64,000 bases of DNA from contig JAKMXF010000077.1 of assembly GCA_024704765.1 (NCBI GenBank), positions 850,534 to 914,533 on the forward strand, given 5' to 3'. The position numbers and the translations under genes were made by a program. The stretch's first letter is position 1, and the number at the start of each line of letters is the position of its first letter. This DNA comes from Oopsacas minuta. Its lineage: Eukaryota; Animalia; Porifera. The notes under the pieces were generated by a model. It ran no database searches. It was not told where the DNA came from and was given only the letters and a program-made list of their open reading frames with translations. Below are positions 37,191 through 50,810 of this stretch, piece by piece.

Positions 37191-39653
37191 CAGTGCTTCT
37201 CAAACTTTTTTATGTCGCGGCCCCAAAGTTTCTCCATTACAATTCCACGGACCCCTGCTTGTTGGTCTCATTTTTAGTAAATACAATTTGTTTTTATTAT
37301 TGTATTCTATCAGTGTTAAGTAGTAAGAGGTATATTGTGATATAATTATAAGATCAATTATACTAATGAGAACTGTGTGCTTGCTTCGATTTGACGAGCT
37401 TATCTAGCCTCGGTTCGATTGATGAAAGTGCCACACGTAGTGGAGATCTGACATCCAGAGAATTCCTATATTTTGTTTTGATAATGCTCATTGTTGAAAA
37501 CCCCATTTCACAAAGGTAAGTAGATGGAAAGGGTAGAATTCTTTTCAGGGCCAACTCACTAAGTTCTGGATATTCGGGTCTAACCTTTATCCAGAATTCA
37601 GCGAGTGTTATTTCGCTGTAAAAAATATTCTTTAATCCTTGATCTCCTGCCAGGTCTAATAATTTGTCTTCTAAATGAACATTCAACTCGTCCTTCAATT
37701 GCAAAAAGGGATTACAGATCCAACCGTTTCCTTCTCTAGGATCTTGTTCTTTCGGGAAGTAAAATTCAAAGCGCTCAGCTAGTGATTTCAAATGTTCGGT
37801 GATAATATTCGCTAGAGAAGTCGCATCAAGTCCACTTTCACAATTAATTATTTCCGATAAATTTGGAAACATGTCGTAACAATCTCGAGAGACTCGATGT
37901 TGCCATGCAGCTAACTTTCTTTTAAAACCGTCAATCTTGTTAGCTGGTGCAAAATTAATTGCCATCCTACCTTACATTGATCTGTTTAGCTCATTAAGCA
38001 TTGAGAATATATCAGACAGATATGTCAGCTTTGTATTCCAGTTTACATCTTGAAAATTTTCAGCCCATTCGGGTTTTTTATCAAGCAGAAATGTTGTTAG
38101 TTCGTTTCGGAGCTCAAAAACTCTTGATGACACTTTTCCTCTGGATAGCCAACGTACTTCAGCATGCAAGAGCAGTTGTATATGGTCAGCTCCCATCTGA
38201 TCACACAAGGAAGCGAATAAGCGAGAATTCAGAGCGTTCGCTTTTACATGGTTGACAACTTTGACAACTTGACATAATACATCATTGAGTTCCTTTGACA
38301 TCTTCTTTGTTGCTAAGTTTTCTCGATGAATAAAACAGTGTGTTGGGTCGCAATCTGGTGCTACTTCTTTAATTTTTGCAACAACTCCAGAATGTCGTCC
38401 TGTCATTGCAGCAGCACCGTCAGTACATACACCAACACAAAACTTCCAATCTAATCCTGATTGATCAACGATATAGTTATTCAATCCATCAAAAATTTGA
38501 GAACTAGTGGTATTTGTAGGCAATGATATCGAACATAAATACTCTTCTTTCACATCACCACAATGTTCAAAACGAACATATAACAACAAAATCGCCAAAT
38601 TTGCTACGTCAGTAGATTCATCAAGCTGCAAAGAATACCATTTGGCTGATTTTATTTGTTCGATCAGCTGTTCCTCCATGTCGCAAGCAAGATCGATCAC
38701 TCTTCTAGCAACAGTGTCGTTTGACAGTGGAACCCGCGCAGTTATCTTTGCTACAGATTCTCCCAACATTTCTCGGCATACATCACCAATGCAACCAACC
38801 AGAAGTTGTTCCCCAATTATGTATGGTTTTTTTGCCTTTGCAATACGTAAAGATACCTTGTAAGAAGCTCTTAATGCTGAAACATTTGTGTGAGATGAAA
38901 CATACATTTGTTTCTGGCAGCCTGTTAATTCGTCGCGCTTTCTCTTAAAAAACTCAACTGGTTTTGAGATCAGCTCCTTGTGCTTCGTTTGTAAATGTTT
39001 ACTGAGCTTTGAAGGCTTTAAAGCTTCATTGGACAAAACCTCGCCACATACAACACACTGAGGCTTCTGTAATCCATCTTTGAATATAGAAGTAAAACCA
39101 AAACGAATGAATGAAATGTCGTAGTTACGGATTTTCGTACAACCTCTTTTGCCCAGTTTGTCGGATTTATCAATTAACTCATCTTCATCAGATCCCGAAA
39201 TCTCTTGAGAATCTGTATAGAGTCTATTACTCTTAGTTAGATAAGTATCCAATTGTCCTCGCTTTCGTTTGGCCATAAAATTCTTTTCAACGATACCAAA
39301 TTAATAACTAAAATATTAATAGATATTAGCAAAGGTACGATCAATTTAAACAATATCAATGGAAGCTCTACCTACTCTTAAAAGAGGATGATTGTTTGTA
39401 TTTAACGCTCTATGTTATATGTTTGCAGGGTGACATAATTCTAAATAGCATTCAAGGAAGTGGAATAAGTGGAATTTGTTTACAATTCGAGGAAAGCGAA
39501 AGGAATTCAGATATTATCGTAGAAGTTGTGTGGAGTAACTAAAACTCTAATGAATAAAATTTCGTAAATCACTTTCCATAGCCATTCCGCGGCCCCTTTG
39601 CAACCCCCTCGCGGCCCCCTGGAGGGCCGCGGACCCCAGTTTGAGTACCACTG
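37191..39653 (-). mobile_element. Full-length Buster/Charlie-type hAT transposon
   Basis: TIR CAGTGCTTCTCAAACT / rc CAGTGGTACTCAAACT. Perfect 8-bp TSD GTGTAGTC with central TA at 37183-90 and 39654-61. Confidence 0.96.
37363..39276 (-). pseudogene. ZBED5/Buster-like transposase with a single in-frame nonsense codon
   Basis: ORFs 37972-39276 and 37363-37965 are in the same frame, reading ...LNRSM*GRMAIN. BED finger (PQCVVCGEVLSNEALKPSKLSKHLQTKH), QLDESTD, CTDGAAAM, HCFIHRE, EVRWLSRG and FPSTYLCEMGFS are all present. Confidence 0.92.
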
Positions 39654-41387
39654 GTGTAGTCTATATTCGTAGCTACAATCCAGTAATTTGCATAGAATGA
39701 CATATGTTTTTCAAGAATTTCAAAAAAATATTTTCGATTTACACTTTTTGAAGGTGTTAATTATTCATAATCATTAGATAATTATCGATAGTCAAAATGT
39801 GTGGTAATTCAAAACCTATTAAGAATCTATAATTTCTGACTTGATATTTGAATTCTACGTAGTCGAGTTACCCCAGATTAAATTTTCAATGGGATTGAAC
39901 TATTCTTGCCAAAGTTATAGTAGAATTTCAATTTGTGCCATTTGTGCCACCTTTTGCCCAAGGTGGCACAAGTGGCCGCTACCAAGAGGTTATTTTGTAA
40001 TTCAAGGGTTAACATAGTCATATCATTCGAAAATATTAATTTTGATTTATTCCTCCTAACCCTAGTTGATTTCCTTGCAGTGGCGCTTTTCCTACTACCT
40101 GTGCCACCTTGGGCAAAAGGTGGCACAAATGGCACAAATTGAAATTCTTCTATAACTTTGGCAAAAATTGTTCAATCCCCTTGAAAATTTAATCTGGGGT
40201 AACTCGCCTACGTAGAATTCAAATATCAAGTCAGAAATTATAGATACTTAATAGGTTTTGAATTACCACATATTTTGACTATCAATAATTATCTAATATT
40301 GATTAATAATCAACATATTCAAAAAGTGTAAATCGAAAATATTTTTTAGAAATTCTTGAAAAACATATGTTATTCTATGCAAATTACTAGATTGCAGCTA
40401 CGAATATAGACTACACGATATATAGGAGCGGGAAAGAGATACAATTTATAACAATATATTTGTGTGTTCGAACACTTTTGTCCCTTGACTGTATATATAT
40501 ACGATTTCCATACTCCTTAGCTGCATATTGATACACTTTGCTTTTGCAGTTAACTGCGAATTTCCATGCGTCCATGGAATCCCTAGACGGTATTTTTTCT
40601 CAATTTTAGACATTTATCTTAATTACGATTATTAATTTTATAGCCCAACTATAATTACTATAATATGTGAAGTAATATATTCACCCCCCTCCATCATGTT
40701 TACGACATAATAATCCATCAATGTCAGAAGCCTTATTTATGCGTGCAGGGAATCCCTGGACAGTAATTTTCTCCTTTATTTTGACATTTTTCTCAAAGAC
40801 AGTACTATTTCTAGCATCTAGTAATAATTTATTAACTATATTTTGACTATTCTGAGTATATTCCAGTATAGATCCCAGGATTTAAATCTGTACCGATTAT
40901 ATTCTTTATTAATTACATAAAGTAGAACATGTTGAAAAAGGCCACGCAGCATTAGTGGAGGGTGTAGCGAGCGAGCCGAATTTTATGGGTACTCACTTTG
41001 GAAGTGTCCAGAGGAATTTGCACAGTGTCGAAGGACGGTCGAAAATGGTGTTTTAAGTATGCATGCAGCAAATTCGATTTATTCACAAGAAATTTTGTCT
41101 AGAAATTAGTAATTCGTTTTGATGAATCGATTGGTGTTGTCAAATGTAAATTTGGTCAGGGGATAGGATAATTAATTAATCTATTGTCATAGCGAAGTAT
41201 ATTTGTTCAGATAATATTAAGTTTGTGCATTTTTCCCCGAACAAATCCATTCTTGACATTTAACATTACACAAAGTCTATATCTACAAACTGCATCCAGA
41301 TCGAAATGACGTCGTGAATGAGTACGAAACAATTATGTTAACAAAATGCTCCAATTTAAAAATTCTGTAAAGAAATAGCTGTGACCT

Positions 41388-42335
41388 TTATAGTAACAAA
41401 ATCAACATATTTTGTTCTAATGTGGTAAAATATAAATAATTTATTATGACTAAATTGGCACGTTTTAGAGTTATTGTAGTGACCATGGATAGCATATTTG
41501 GTCCATTTTTTCTCATCAAAAACAATTTTTCTTCGCGCAATAGGAAGAATCGCTCAAGGACCTTTCCTTTGCTAAGCCAGCGAACTTCACAGTAGTAAAT
41601 TTGGTTTTGTATTGTTTCTAATTCTTGCAAGTATTCCCGAAATTGTTGATGTTTGAATCCCTTGGCACGGATTTTATGACAACTTTTACGACTGCATCCA
41701 TCCTATGATCCATCTTGAATGCTTTTCCACACAGAGCCTCCTGGTGAATGATACAATCGACAGTAAGGACTAGTTGTTCGTGCTAAGTAGATGCCCGTGC
41801 TTCTTAATTAGAGCTGCTGCGCTATTTTCCCTTACTTGTCCCAGAGAGTGCCCCATCTGTTGTGATACCTGCAAGCTGACTCCTTTATATCTCATAAATT
41901 CTCGTAGATACAATATTCATTTCAGCTTCCACTATATTACAATCCTTAGTAATATCGTCAAGTTTCCCATATCCTGGATCCTTTATACAACAGTGTTCCT
42001 ACTATGGCTGTCCATCTGGAAAAGCTTCTTTTATCAGGAGTGAGAATCTCTGCAGCTTCTATTATGCATTTCTTTGCAAATTAATCGTCGGAGAAGGGTT
42101 TTAACCTCAGAGCTATATTCTGAGAAATGACATCGCTAGCCTTAAGTAATACTCTTTGTACAAATCAAACGGGAGAATAATGCAATGTTTTCCATGATTA
42201 CTCGATCATGTCAACATTTAAGATTTCTAAATCAAAGGTAGACTATACAAGAAAACAAGGTGAATCATGATTCCTTAAGGCTTAGTTGCTTGGTGTGCCT
42301 CAAGATCCTTGCGGGCCATAGGTTTGATATGCCTG
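41388..42335 (-). mobile_element. Internally deleted or decayed Buster-type hAT remnant (GTF2IRD2/ZBED8-like)
   Basis: EVRWLSKGKVLERFFLLREE and a CIIHQEALC-type motif on the minus strand. 5' terminus rc CAGGCATATCAAACCTATGGCCCGC at 42335. The other end was not located. Confidence 0.7.
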
Positions 42336-42349
42336 GTGTACAAGTACAT

Positions 42350-42836
42350 TAGGGTTTGGAACTTTCCGACAATGAAAGATATCCGGATATCGGATAGTTT
42401 TCATTCAGATATCCGGATATCCGTTTTACAGTAATACTTTTTCCAGTGTGTTATTAGACTCACTTTATGCCTGGATTGCATGGATACTATGCTAATATAT
42501 GAATTGATTATGAAGAATAACTGAAATATAAGAATGACTAATATTCATTTGTTAACTAAAGTATTATATTTGATCTAATCTATTTTCTTGAAGTAGCTTT
42601 TCAGGAAACATAATGTATCTATTATATCGTCACCTAGCCGGGATCGAATCTTGGTGATAAATAGACCTGCAGCAGAAATGCTCTTTCAGATTCCACGCTT
42701 GTTGGAAGTATTGAATCTAAGGCATTTAGGAGTAGATTGAGGCGTTTAGACTACGATTTACAAACGATATATGGATGCCAAATTATCCGGATATTCGACC
42801 AAATATTATCCGGATATTTCCGGATTCCAAACTTTA
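42350..42836. mobile_element. hAT (Ac-type, TAGGG end) MITE with subterminal ATCCGGAT repeats
   Basis: TIR TAGGGTTTGGAA / TTCCAAACTTTA. Perfect 8-bp TSD AAGTACAT at 42342-49 and 42837-44. Repeated (AT)ATCCGGATA motifs near both ends. Confidence 0.9.
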
Positions 42837-44854
42837 AAGTACATATATATGATCAATTACAAGGGCGGTGGACGCACGGGGGCTATAAGCCCCCTACTTT
42901 TGAATTAGGGGGCCTGACCTCACTACTTACCCCTCATATACGTATATTATACTAATTTAAATAATACTAGTAAAGGATATTTCAGCAACTATCTGCGTTA
43001 ATGAGTGTTTTAGCATCTTTATTTTACTATAATTGAATTTGATTAGAAACCACTGTTAGTTTTATTCATATTGGGTTAATTTAGTCTTACTTAGACCAAT
43101 ACAATCAAGTTTTGTGACATTCTTTCGAAGGAATTAACGTTGCAGTGTTCGGTATTTATACATAGTTCGAAATTGAAGTCTATTTATAATTGTCCCGCAA
43201 TTATCAATTTATGTATCAAAATTGAAATGTACTAATCATATTATTTCATATTATGGTTGATTATATCACGAATAAATATTTGGACTATTGGTTGTATTAT
43301 ATTATATCCATGTAGAGTATAGATGATAATTTTAATTGTACAGGCAAACTTGTGTATGCCTGCCACCGAAGGGAAAGCGGCCGTTATATACATATGGCCG
43401 CTGTAAAGATGTTTACTATTATACACTATCGTAGCAGTAACTATATGATATTGGATTTCTCACGGATTCATGACTTTCAGACGGATTCTAAAGGATTCTT
43501 GAAAATCTGGGGGGCATTTGCGCACAATATTTGTGCAAGTACGCAATTAGCGAAAGAGTGTCCTGAAATCCACATAATCTCCAATTATAAGTTTCATTAA
43601 CCAATATTCCAAACTAATCGAATCAAAACCCCATTCACCAAGTGGATATCGATGTAAAATACCCAATTTGACAACCAGCAGGTGGTCAGACATCCATGAG
43701 CTATAATTACACTAGTCCAAGGTAAAAGCTCGTGCAACTTTTGTGTACAGATATATTGTACACAAATGCATTGTACTAGCTTTAGAGACAAATGTCTCTC
43801 TTCAGAAAAATAGTACTAGATATTTTAGAAATTATTTCAAAAATATAATTGCAATCTGTCCTCCTAGTTTCAGAAGACTTCCTTATGATAAACAACTCTT
43901 ATAATTTACATAAGCTAATAATAGTTTCGTAAACATTTTCACAAAAAAGGTCACCAAACTCAAGGATGTGACTAATGATGACATTCACAACTTGAATAGA
44001 CATTGTGTCAGTACCATATACAATAAACACTTGATTATCAAATTTCGAGTTTCTAACGATATTTGTCGAATTTTACACTCAAGATGGATAGTCAATAATT
44101 ATTTGATGGGCACAATGAATGAATTATCTTTTCTAATCCGTTCGATGGAAATTATTGAAGAGGAGATGTAAACTTGTACCTGGGAAAATGACGCTAAGGA
44201 TTGAAAATTTATTCTTATCCGAGACTTGAGATATCGATTGATTCATGATGGGAAGGAAAGTTATGGTGAATAATTTCAATAATTTGGATATTTTACTGAT
44301 ACATAGATCATCATAGAGGGTGGTTTATAGTTGCAAAATATTTTGGAGAATACTAGTTTTGGTAGTAACTGATATATGATTCTTGCACCTAAAACCCAGA
44401 GCATTAAGCGTCCTCATTGTTTGAAGTGAGCTATCGCTCCCCACTCCCGCACTAAAAGGCGAGAAGCCCCCACCTCCGCTCCCTCAACATGTTGTCAGAG
44501 GTAACTGAGTGGATAGAGTCCGATTTTGAGAATTTCAGAGTCTGAAAGTTACAAATTCATATAGTTTACATATGAATAATCATATTTTCACACCTTTCGC
44601 ATAATATTCAAAATCATGCTATAGATTTCGTTTTAACTGCTAGTAAAAGGTAATCGAGTATGTAGATTCCAATTTTTGGGAAGTTTTAAATCTATGTCTA
44701 AATGATTTATCATGTGATTGATAATATTTTCATAGCTCTTTGCATATTATTCAATATCGTGGTACTTTCCTTTTAAATTCTGTTAGGGGTAATAGTAAGG
44801 GCAGAGGTACTAGCAGGCTAAATCGTGAAACTGATTAATTAGTTTCATTATTCA

Positions 44855-45470
44855 CTAGTGCGCTTCGCTTGCTCCTGATGCGCGGCTTGCGAACACTCTG
44901 TGTTTGCATGGAGCTCAGCACTTCTTGCCTCGAAATATGAAAAGAATACAAGTAGCAACATGTTTACAATTCCCTGGTGATACATTCATATTTGGAATCA
45001 CCGTACCTGATTACCCAAGTTTAACAGTTGAAAACAAGTTTCTAACATTAACTTGAAATTGTTACTTAAACAAATAAACAACAACTAATATTCACAATAT
45101 GTAGTTGAAATAACATATTTGTATTCAGCATACTTGATCACTCCTATTTTATCTGTTGAGAAGAAGTCTCTAATTATATTTTGAGATTTCAAGTATTTGT
45201 TTACTTTATTTTAATGAAAACAAGGAATATATTTACATATGGTTGATTCGAAAGTGTTAAAATTCGAATCAGCATGCCCGAGTACCTCATAATCACTTTT
45301 GGAAGCATGATTCTACCACAATTTTGAAATTTGTTTACTTTATGTACCTAAAAGTAAACAAATATTCACGATATTTTGCTAACAAAATATATTAAGAATC
45401 AGCAGAGCGCATGCTGGAAACCTGATTTTCCTCATATTTCTTAGATGAATACGTTGTTTATCGTTTCAAT
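44855..45470 (-). mobile_element. Possible non-autonomous Helitron-like repeat, copy B
   Basis: The minus strand ends ...GCAAGCGAAGCGCACTAG|T, a GC-rich subterminal segment plus CTAG before T as at Helitron 3' ends. Shares blocks with 2222-2759. Confidence 0.4.
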
Positions 45471-45732
45471 AATTCTGTAGTTATAAATTGATTCATTTCC
45501 GTATTGCAGGGGTCCCAAAACAAGTTCGTTGAGGGCCATTTGGATCTTTTAAGGTTAGATTGAGAGCGGCAAATTTTGATATAATTTCCCTTGAGATATA
45601 TTCATTCATATTGTACGGAATTCATAACAATTATCTGACTAATACCTTACAAACTGAACTTTATAGTTAAATATATATGATCAATGTTCTTTTCATTGCT
45701 TAATATCTCTCATAGGCAAACCTCAATTCTAG

Positions 45733-48700
45733 AGAAGAAGTTATCAACCAATTCAAAATAAACACTTGTTCACTTCAATCGTTTATTTGACCGGCTATCC
45801 TTATAGCTAGAGAAATAGACTTGTTATTATTCCAAAGTATAGTGTTGGTGGATCACGAAATTATAAAATATGTGTGATGACAAAATTTTCCATTCGTGTC
45901 AACTATAATGTGCAATTTGGGTGCCTTCTCAATACTATTGAGGATAGAGGATTATGAATTACACAATTTCTTGTAAAAATTTTCAATACTTTTTGAAATA
46001 TTATATTTTGAAATCAATGAAGAAGTTAGACTAGGGTCACTTCAGTCATTAATTTAACTCACTTATACTCATCAGATTTAAACGAAATTAGTATCATTGG
46101 AAAGAGGAGAGTTGAGCGTTGTAAGCAATATCTTTTGATTTTTAAAACATATACTATTAGTCACTTTTTTGGCTAAAATTTAGTGTCACGACTCCCTTCA
46201 ATTTACCCAGCCAAAGGACAGAAATCGATTCTGAAAATTATATATGCATACGTTGGCGATATGGACAGTTATGAAAATTATCTATCATTAAAAACTATTA
46301 CCAACTCACGGAGGATGAGGAATTCATATTTTAAGTCGGGAGTGAGAGTGGTAGAGGATTAATCATATTCTACATGAAGTAGGGTCAGTTCAAACTCATG
46401 TTTTTACCCTAAATCCGACCAATTTCAATTATTTTAATGCTAATCGATAGTTGAGATATAGACGATTTTGAACAGTATCGATATTTTCGTGAAACACTAA
46501 AAATTATCAACAGCAACAGCCTGCAAGAACGTTAAATTCTTGGGCTTTTTGTGTATCACGAATTCTAACTTAGAGATAAATTCTTAAAGTTATCTCGCAT
46601 CACAACCCCTTCAAAATGTTTAGATACTTTCTTTCCTATCTTATACTTCAATTTCCTTAAACAATAACAGGGGTCGCAAGTAGATTTTCTACTATTTGGT
46701 GGTAATATAATTTAAAGGCTTTAATTTCATTTTGAGTCAGTGTTAAACTTAATTCTTGTGCATAGAAGTATATACGTACGTAACTAGTAACATTTGCGTC
46801 AATCCTATGGTGTTTTCCTCGAAACTAACATTTTTAATTTTATCCAACATCTAAATACTTATTGTCGTATCTATATTAATATTTAATATGTAAGACAGTA
46901 ACTGTGTGGGTCAATATCAGTTTCATCATTTTTGGTAATCTATATTTAAACTAGAATTCGAGTTACGAGACAATATGTTTCTTATTGTGGGCATCATCGG
47001 CTTATGATTTAACCGTGTGTAAAAATTTGAGGGAGTCAATTTCATTAATTGCATTGATAAAGACATTCTGAAGGAAATTACTTTTAATTCTTCAACCATC
47101 TGAAGCTCAGTTGTAGGTAGATGACACAAAATTCTATGGGTTATCTAATGTAGAAATATATCTGGAATTTTGCTATTCACTGATGCATGTTTTAGTGAGG
47201 AGTGATTCACTTCATTAATGTCATCACAAGTACTTGTTACAATAGCTTTGTTGAGTGTAGTCCACTGTTAGTTTTGTGGTTAGTTGAAACACAACCTGGT
47301 CATAGTTTAGTTTATCAATTGTTTGGTAAAAATATCTGTGTTTAAGTGGAGAGATTTTGAGCATTTTCATTAGCTGGGTATTGGAACAAAGAAAGGAATT
47401 CAATACTAATGGTATTACCAGCCTACAAAATGTTTGTTCTGAATACCTTGTTCGTGTTGAATGTTAGTTTGGGAACCAATTCCCCTAAGCCAGGTTCTCA
47501 ATCCTAATTGTATTGTAGAAAGTGAACAAATTGTGGATATATTGTTAGAGGTCAGCTCTGGAGTTGACTTTGAGATTGAAGTTGCGAATCTGGAGAATTT
47601 TATCTCGAAATCATATACTGGGATAGTTTGTGCATTACTGATTCGAAACATAGAATGCCATTGATCAGTAATTTGACGAATGTATTTTCTTCTAAGTTTC
47701 ATGATGTAAAAAATATGTGTGTATTGAAGTTTATCAATTCAAATAATTTTTGGATTTTCAGTTATTTTGAGATAATTCATTATTTAGAAATTATGATTTG
47801 CTTAAGAGGGGCCTAAAAACTGATTAGGCGGGGGGCCCACACAAAGTAACTGTACTGGCTAGAGCAGAATGTAATTCCTTAATTGCAGTGCAGATGTATT
47901 TTATATTGAGGACAAGAATTATTTAAATAATCGTATAGTGGCCAAGTTTTATTCTGAAGGATTTCTTTCAATTCATCATACAGGTGCTACGGGTGCATAT
48001 AGTAGTAATTTATCTTGTAGTGAGCACAGAAATATGGGAAGATTGTTAGATTAGTATTCTGTGAGTAATATTGAAAAAGCAATTAAATGAATTATTATGA
48101 ATATATTTTTGTTTTGAAAAACGGTCCAATAATTATGAGAACAATCTACCGAATTAGAGATGTATGTTAAGTGTGAGATAGAAATTACTAATGAAACACC
48201 TAAGGAATGAGGATGAAGCAATTGTAAAATTAAATGCTGTAACTCAAAGGCAAAAGTCACCATTTGGTAAGCATTTCGAAAAGATTTATAATCTACTAAA
48301 TTGAATATCAAGGTAATTGAGAATAACCTTGATATTGGAGTTAGTAAATCTCAAGTTTAAGGAAATAATGTATGTTACTATCCTGGATTAATTGATTCAT
48401 TGTTACCATTGTGGAGTGGATAATTTTATGTAAAATCAATACTCCATGTAATGTTTTAACTGAGAGCAACTCTAGCGTTAAAAACTGGTTTAGGATAGTT
48501 AAGCACAGCTTTATACTTCTGAAACAAGAATGAGAGCAGCTCATTTCATTAGATCAATTAATGTATATATAGAGGTAGGATTGCTGCATTATATTTGCTC
48601 TTGTGCCATCTACAAACAAAATATTAACAAAGAAAAGAAAAATGGAAGTAGAAATGAAGAAAATTATGAGGAGGAATGATCTAAGAGGAATAGACCAAAC

Positions 48701-50810
48701 ATAGCTATATCAAACCTTTCCGAATTAAATATTTCCAAGGCATTGTAAGTATTAAATCAAATAAGAAACAATTACTTAGACTAATAAAGCCGTTAGTAAA
48801 TACAGAAATACAATTATCAGGGGAAGTTCAAATTATTAGTTTACTTGGAGAGGAAGTAGAAATAAACAGATTTAGAATATATAGAATTGGGTGAACTAGA
48901 TTATACAATTCCTACATTTCGACTCATTACTAATGGGGCGAAAAGTTATTTGCGAAAGGTTAAACTTTAAATTGTATACTTCTCTAGTCTCTCTAGTTTC
49001 TCTAGATATGAAATACTGCAAAATTCAAGTAATTATTAATAGTGCTTACAATAATTCTTATGGAAAGTTTGAATGGAGTTAACTGGCGTTATCGATGTAC
49101 ATTACATCGGCGAATGTATTTCTTATCCCATAATGTAATAGTTCCATTTGCTGTAAATATTATATATATGTATAAATAAGGTATCTTGTATAAATTACAG
49201 GAATGCATGAACAGAAAATGGAACATTTGTGTTTATGCACTGGTTCCCCTATGGCAAATTACCAGTGGTATGTGTAATATATGTATGTATATTCAGGTGT
49301 TTAGACAATAGTAAGAATCATACACGGCATTATATGTTTCTGATTGTGTTTCAGCACGAAGAGGACGTTTTCATTCAGTATCAATTGGAATCATTCATGG
49401 CAGAAAATGTACTGATACTTGTAAATCGCTTTAGTAATAAATGGTAAATAGCTCTGAATATTATCTATAAATTTATCTCTTTGGACCATCTTGAGAAAGA
49501 AATTCTATAATATGTGAGTAGTATACTAAAGTATTGATCAACTGTGATATCACAACAAGTAATGTATATAAACTCTTGTGGTTAACGACGAAGAAGTCCC
49601 TAAATTTAAGTATTTCTTGGAACAAGTTGCAATGGGAACTATAACAAGGATGACGATATGACTTTCTATAGGTGCTAATCATCTAAGCAAGTGTTCTATA
49701 GTCTTACGAGTAATAGTCTATGCAATAATTACACTCTTAAAACGCAATAAATATAGCGAAGCAACTGGGGAAAATTGAGAAACATCAAAATAAAATTAAT
49801 AGAAAATCCTAGAAAAAATACAAGCGACCACCTGTATTTTTAGGAAATTGAATTATAAGTTAAGAAGTTAAGAAAGAAGGTATCCATAAATTTTGGAGGG
49901 TTATGATGAGAAATAACTTCAAGGATTGATCTCATAGTTAGAATTTGTACACACAAATACTCAAGAATTTATCGAATTTTGCAGGCAGTTGCTGGTGATA
50001 ATTTTTAGTGTTTCACGAAAATATCGATACTATTCAAAACGTCTATATCTCAACTACCGATTAGCATTAAAATAATTGAAATTTAGTCGATTTAGGGTAA
50101 GAAACATAAGTTTGAACTGACCCTACTCCATTTGGAATATAATTAATCCTCTACCACTCTCACTCCCGACTTAAAATATGAATTCCTCATCCTCCGTGAG
50201 TTGGTAATAGTTTTTAATGATAGATAATTTTCATAACTGTCCATATCGCTAACGTATGCATATATAATTTTTAGATTCGATTTCTGTCCTTTAGCTGGGT
50301 AAATTGAAGGGAGCGTGACACTAAATTTTAGCCAAAAAAGTGACTAATAGTATATGTTTTAAAAATCAAAAGATATTGCTTACAACGCTCAACTCTCCTC
50401 TTTCCAATGATACTAATTTCGTGAGTTAAATTAATGACTGAAGTGACCCTAGTATAACATCTTAGAATTTTTTAAAATTCAAATTTTCAAAAAGTAATGC
50501 ATATTATTCAAAGAAAATTTAATCGCATAATCCACCAACCTTCAATAGTATGTAGAAGAAAACTTGTATCAAATGATAATGAGAAGCCGCCCATATAGCA
50601 CATTATAGTGGACACAAATGGAAAATTTTTCATAACCTCAATGCTAAGTCATCACAGATATTTACAATTCTGATGACATTTCCGTAATCTACCAACGCTA
50701 GAATTTCAAACAAATACAACAAGTTATTTTCTTCTCTATCTATGCGGAAAGTCGATCAAATAAACGATTGAAGTGAACACGTTTTTTTTAATAGGCTGCT
50801 AACTTCTTCT
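45733..50810 (+). mobile_element. ~5.1 kb Mutator/NOF(Foldback)-like element with ~1 kb inverted arms, transposase decayed
   Basis: Arms ~45733-46695 and ~49800-50810 are reverse complements. The interior contains CYYPGLIDSLLPLWSG, ESNSSVKNWFRIVKHSF, RMRAAHFIRSI and EENYEEE*SKR, resembling the PLWS and N..VE.WF..vK region of MULE/NOF-type transposases. No TSD found. Confidence 0.65.
48370..48690 (+). pseudogene. MULE/NOF-like transposase catalytic C-terminal remnant
   Basis: Hand translation across frameshifts gives PLWSG (48409-48420) and SNSSVKNWFRIVKHS (48465-48509). The position expected to be the catalytic Glu reads Lys (AAA). Confidence 0.55.

Larger units (their letters stand above)
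37107..40491. mobile_element. ~910 bp palindromic (foldback) Tc1/mariner-type non-autonomous element, copy 1, interrupted by a hAT
   Basis: TA-flanked ends CAGTCAAGGGACAAAAGTGTTCGA / TCGAACACTTTTGTCCCTTGACTG. About 390-bp inverted arms surround a ~125-bp spacer. Length is 914 bp after removing the hAT and one TSD. A second copy lies at 55175-56082. Confidence 0.92.

Noticed and set aside
39878-40142. Pair of overlapping opposite-strand ORFs
   Set aside because: Artefact of the palindrome centre; no coding signature.
43241-44260. Coding-like fragments (…GILHRYPLGEWGFDSISLEYWL… on minus; RHCVS…SRW on plus)
   Set aside because: Stop-interrupted with no family I can name confidently; possibly very old transposase debris.
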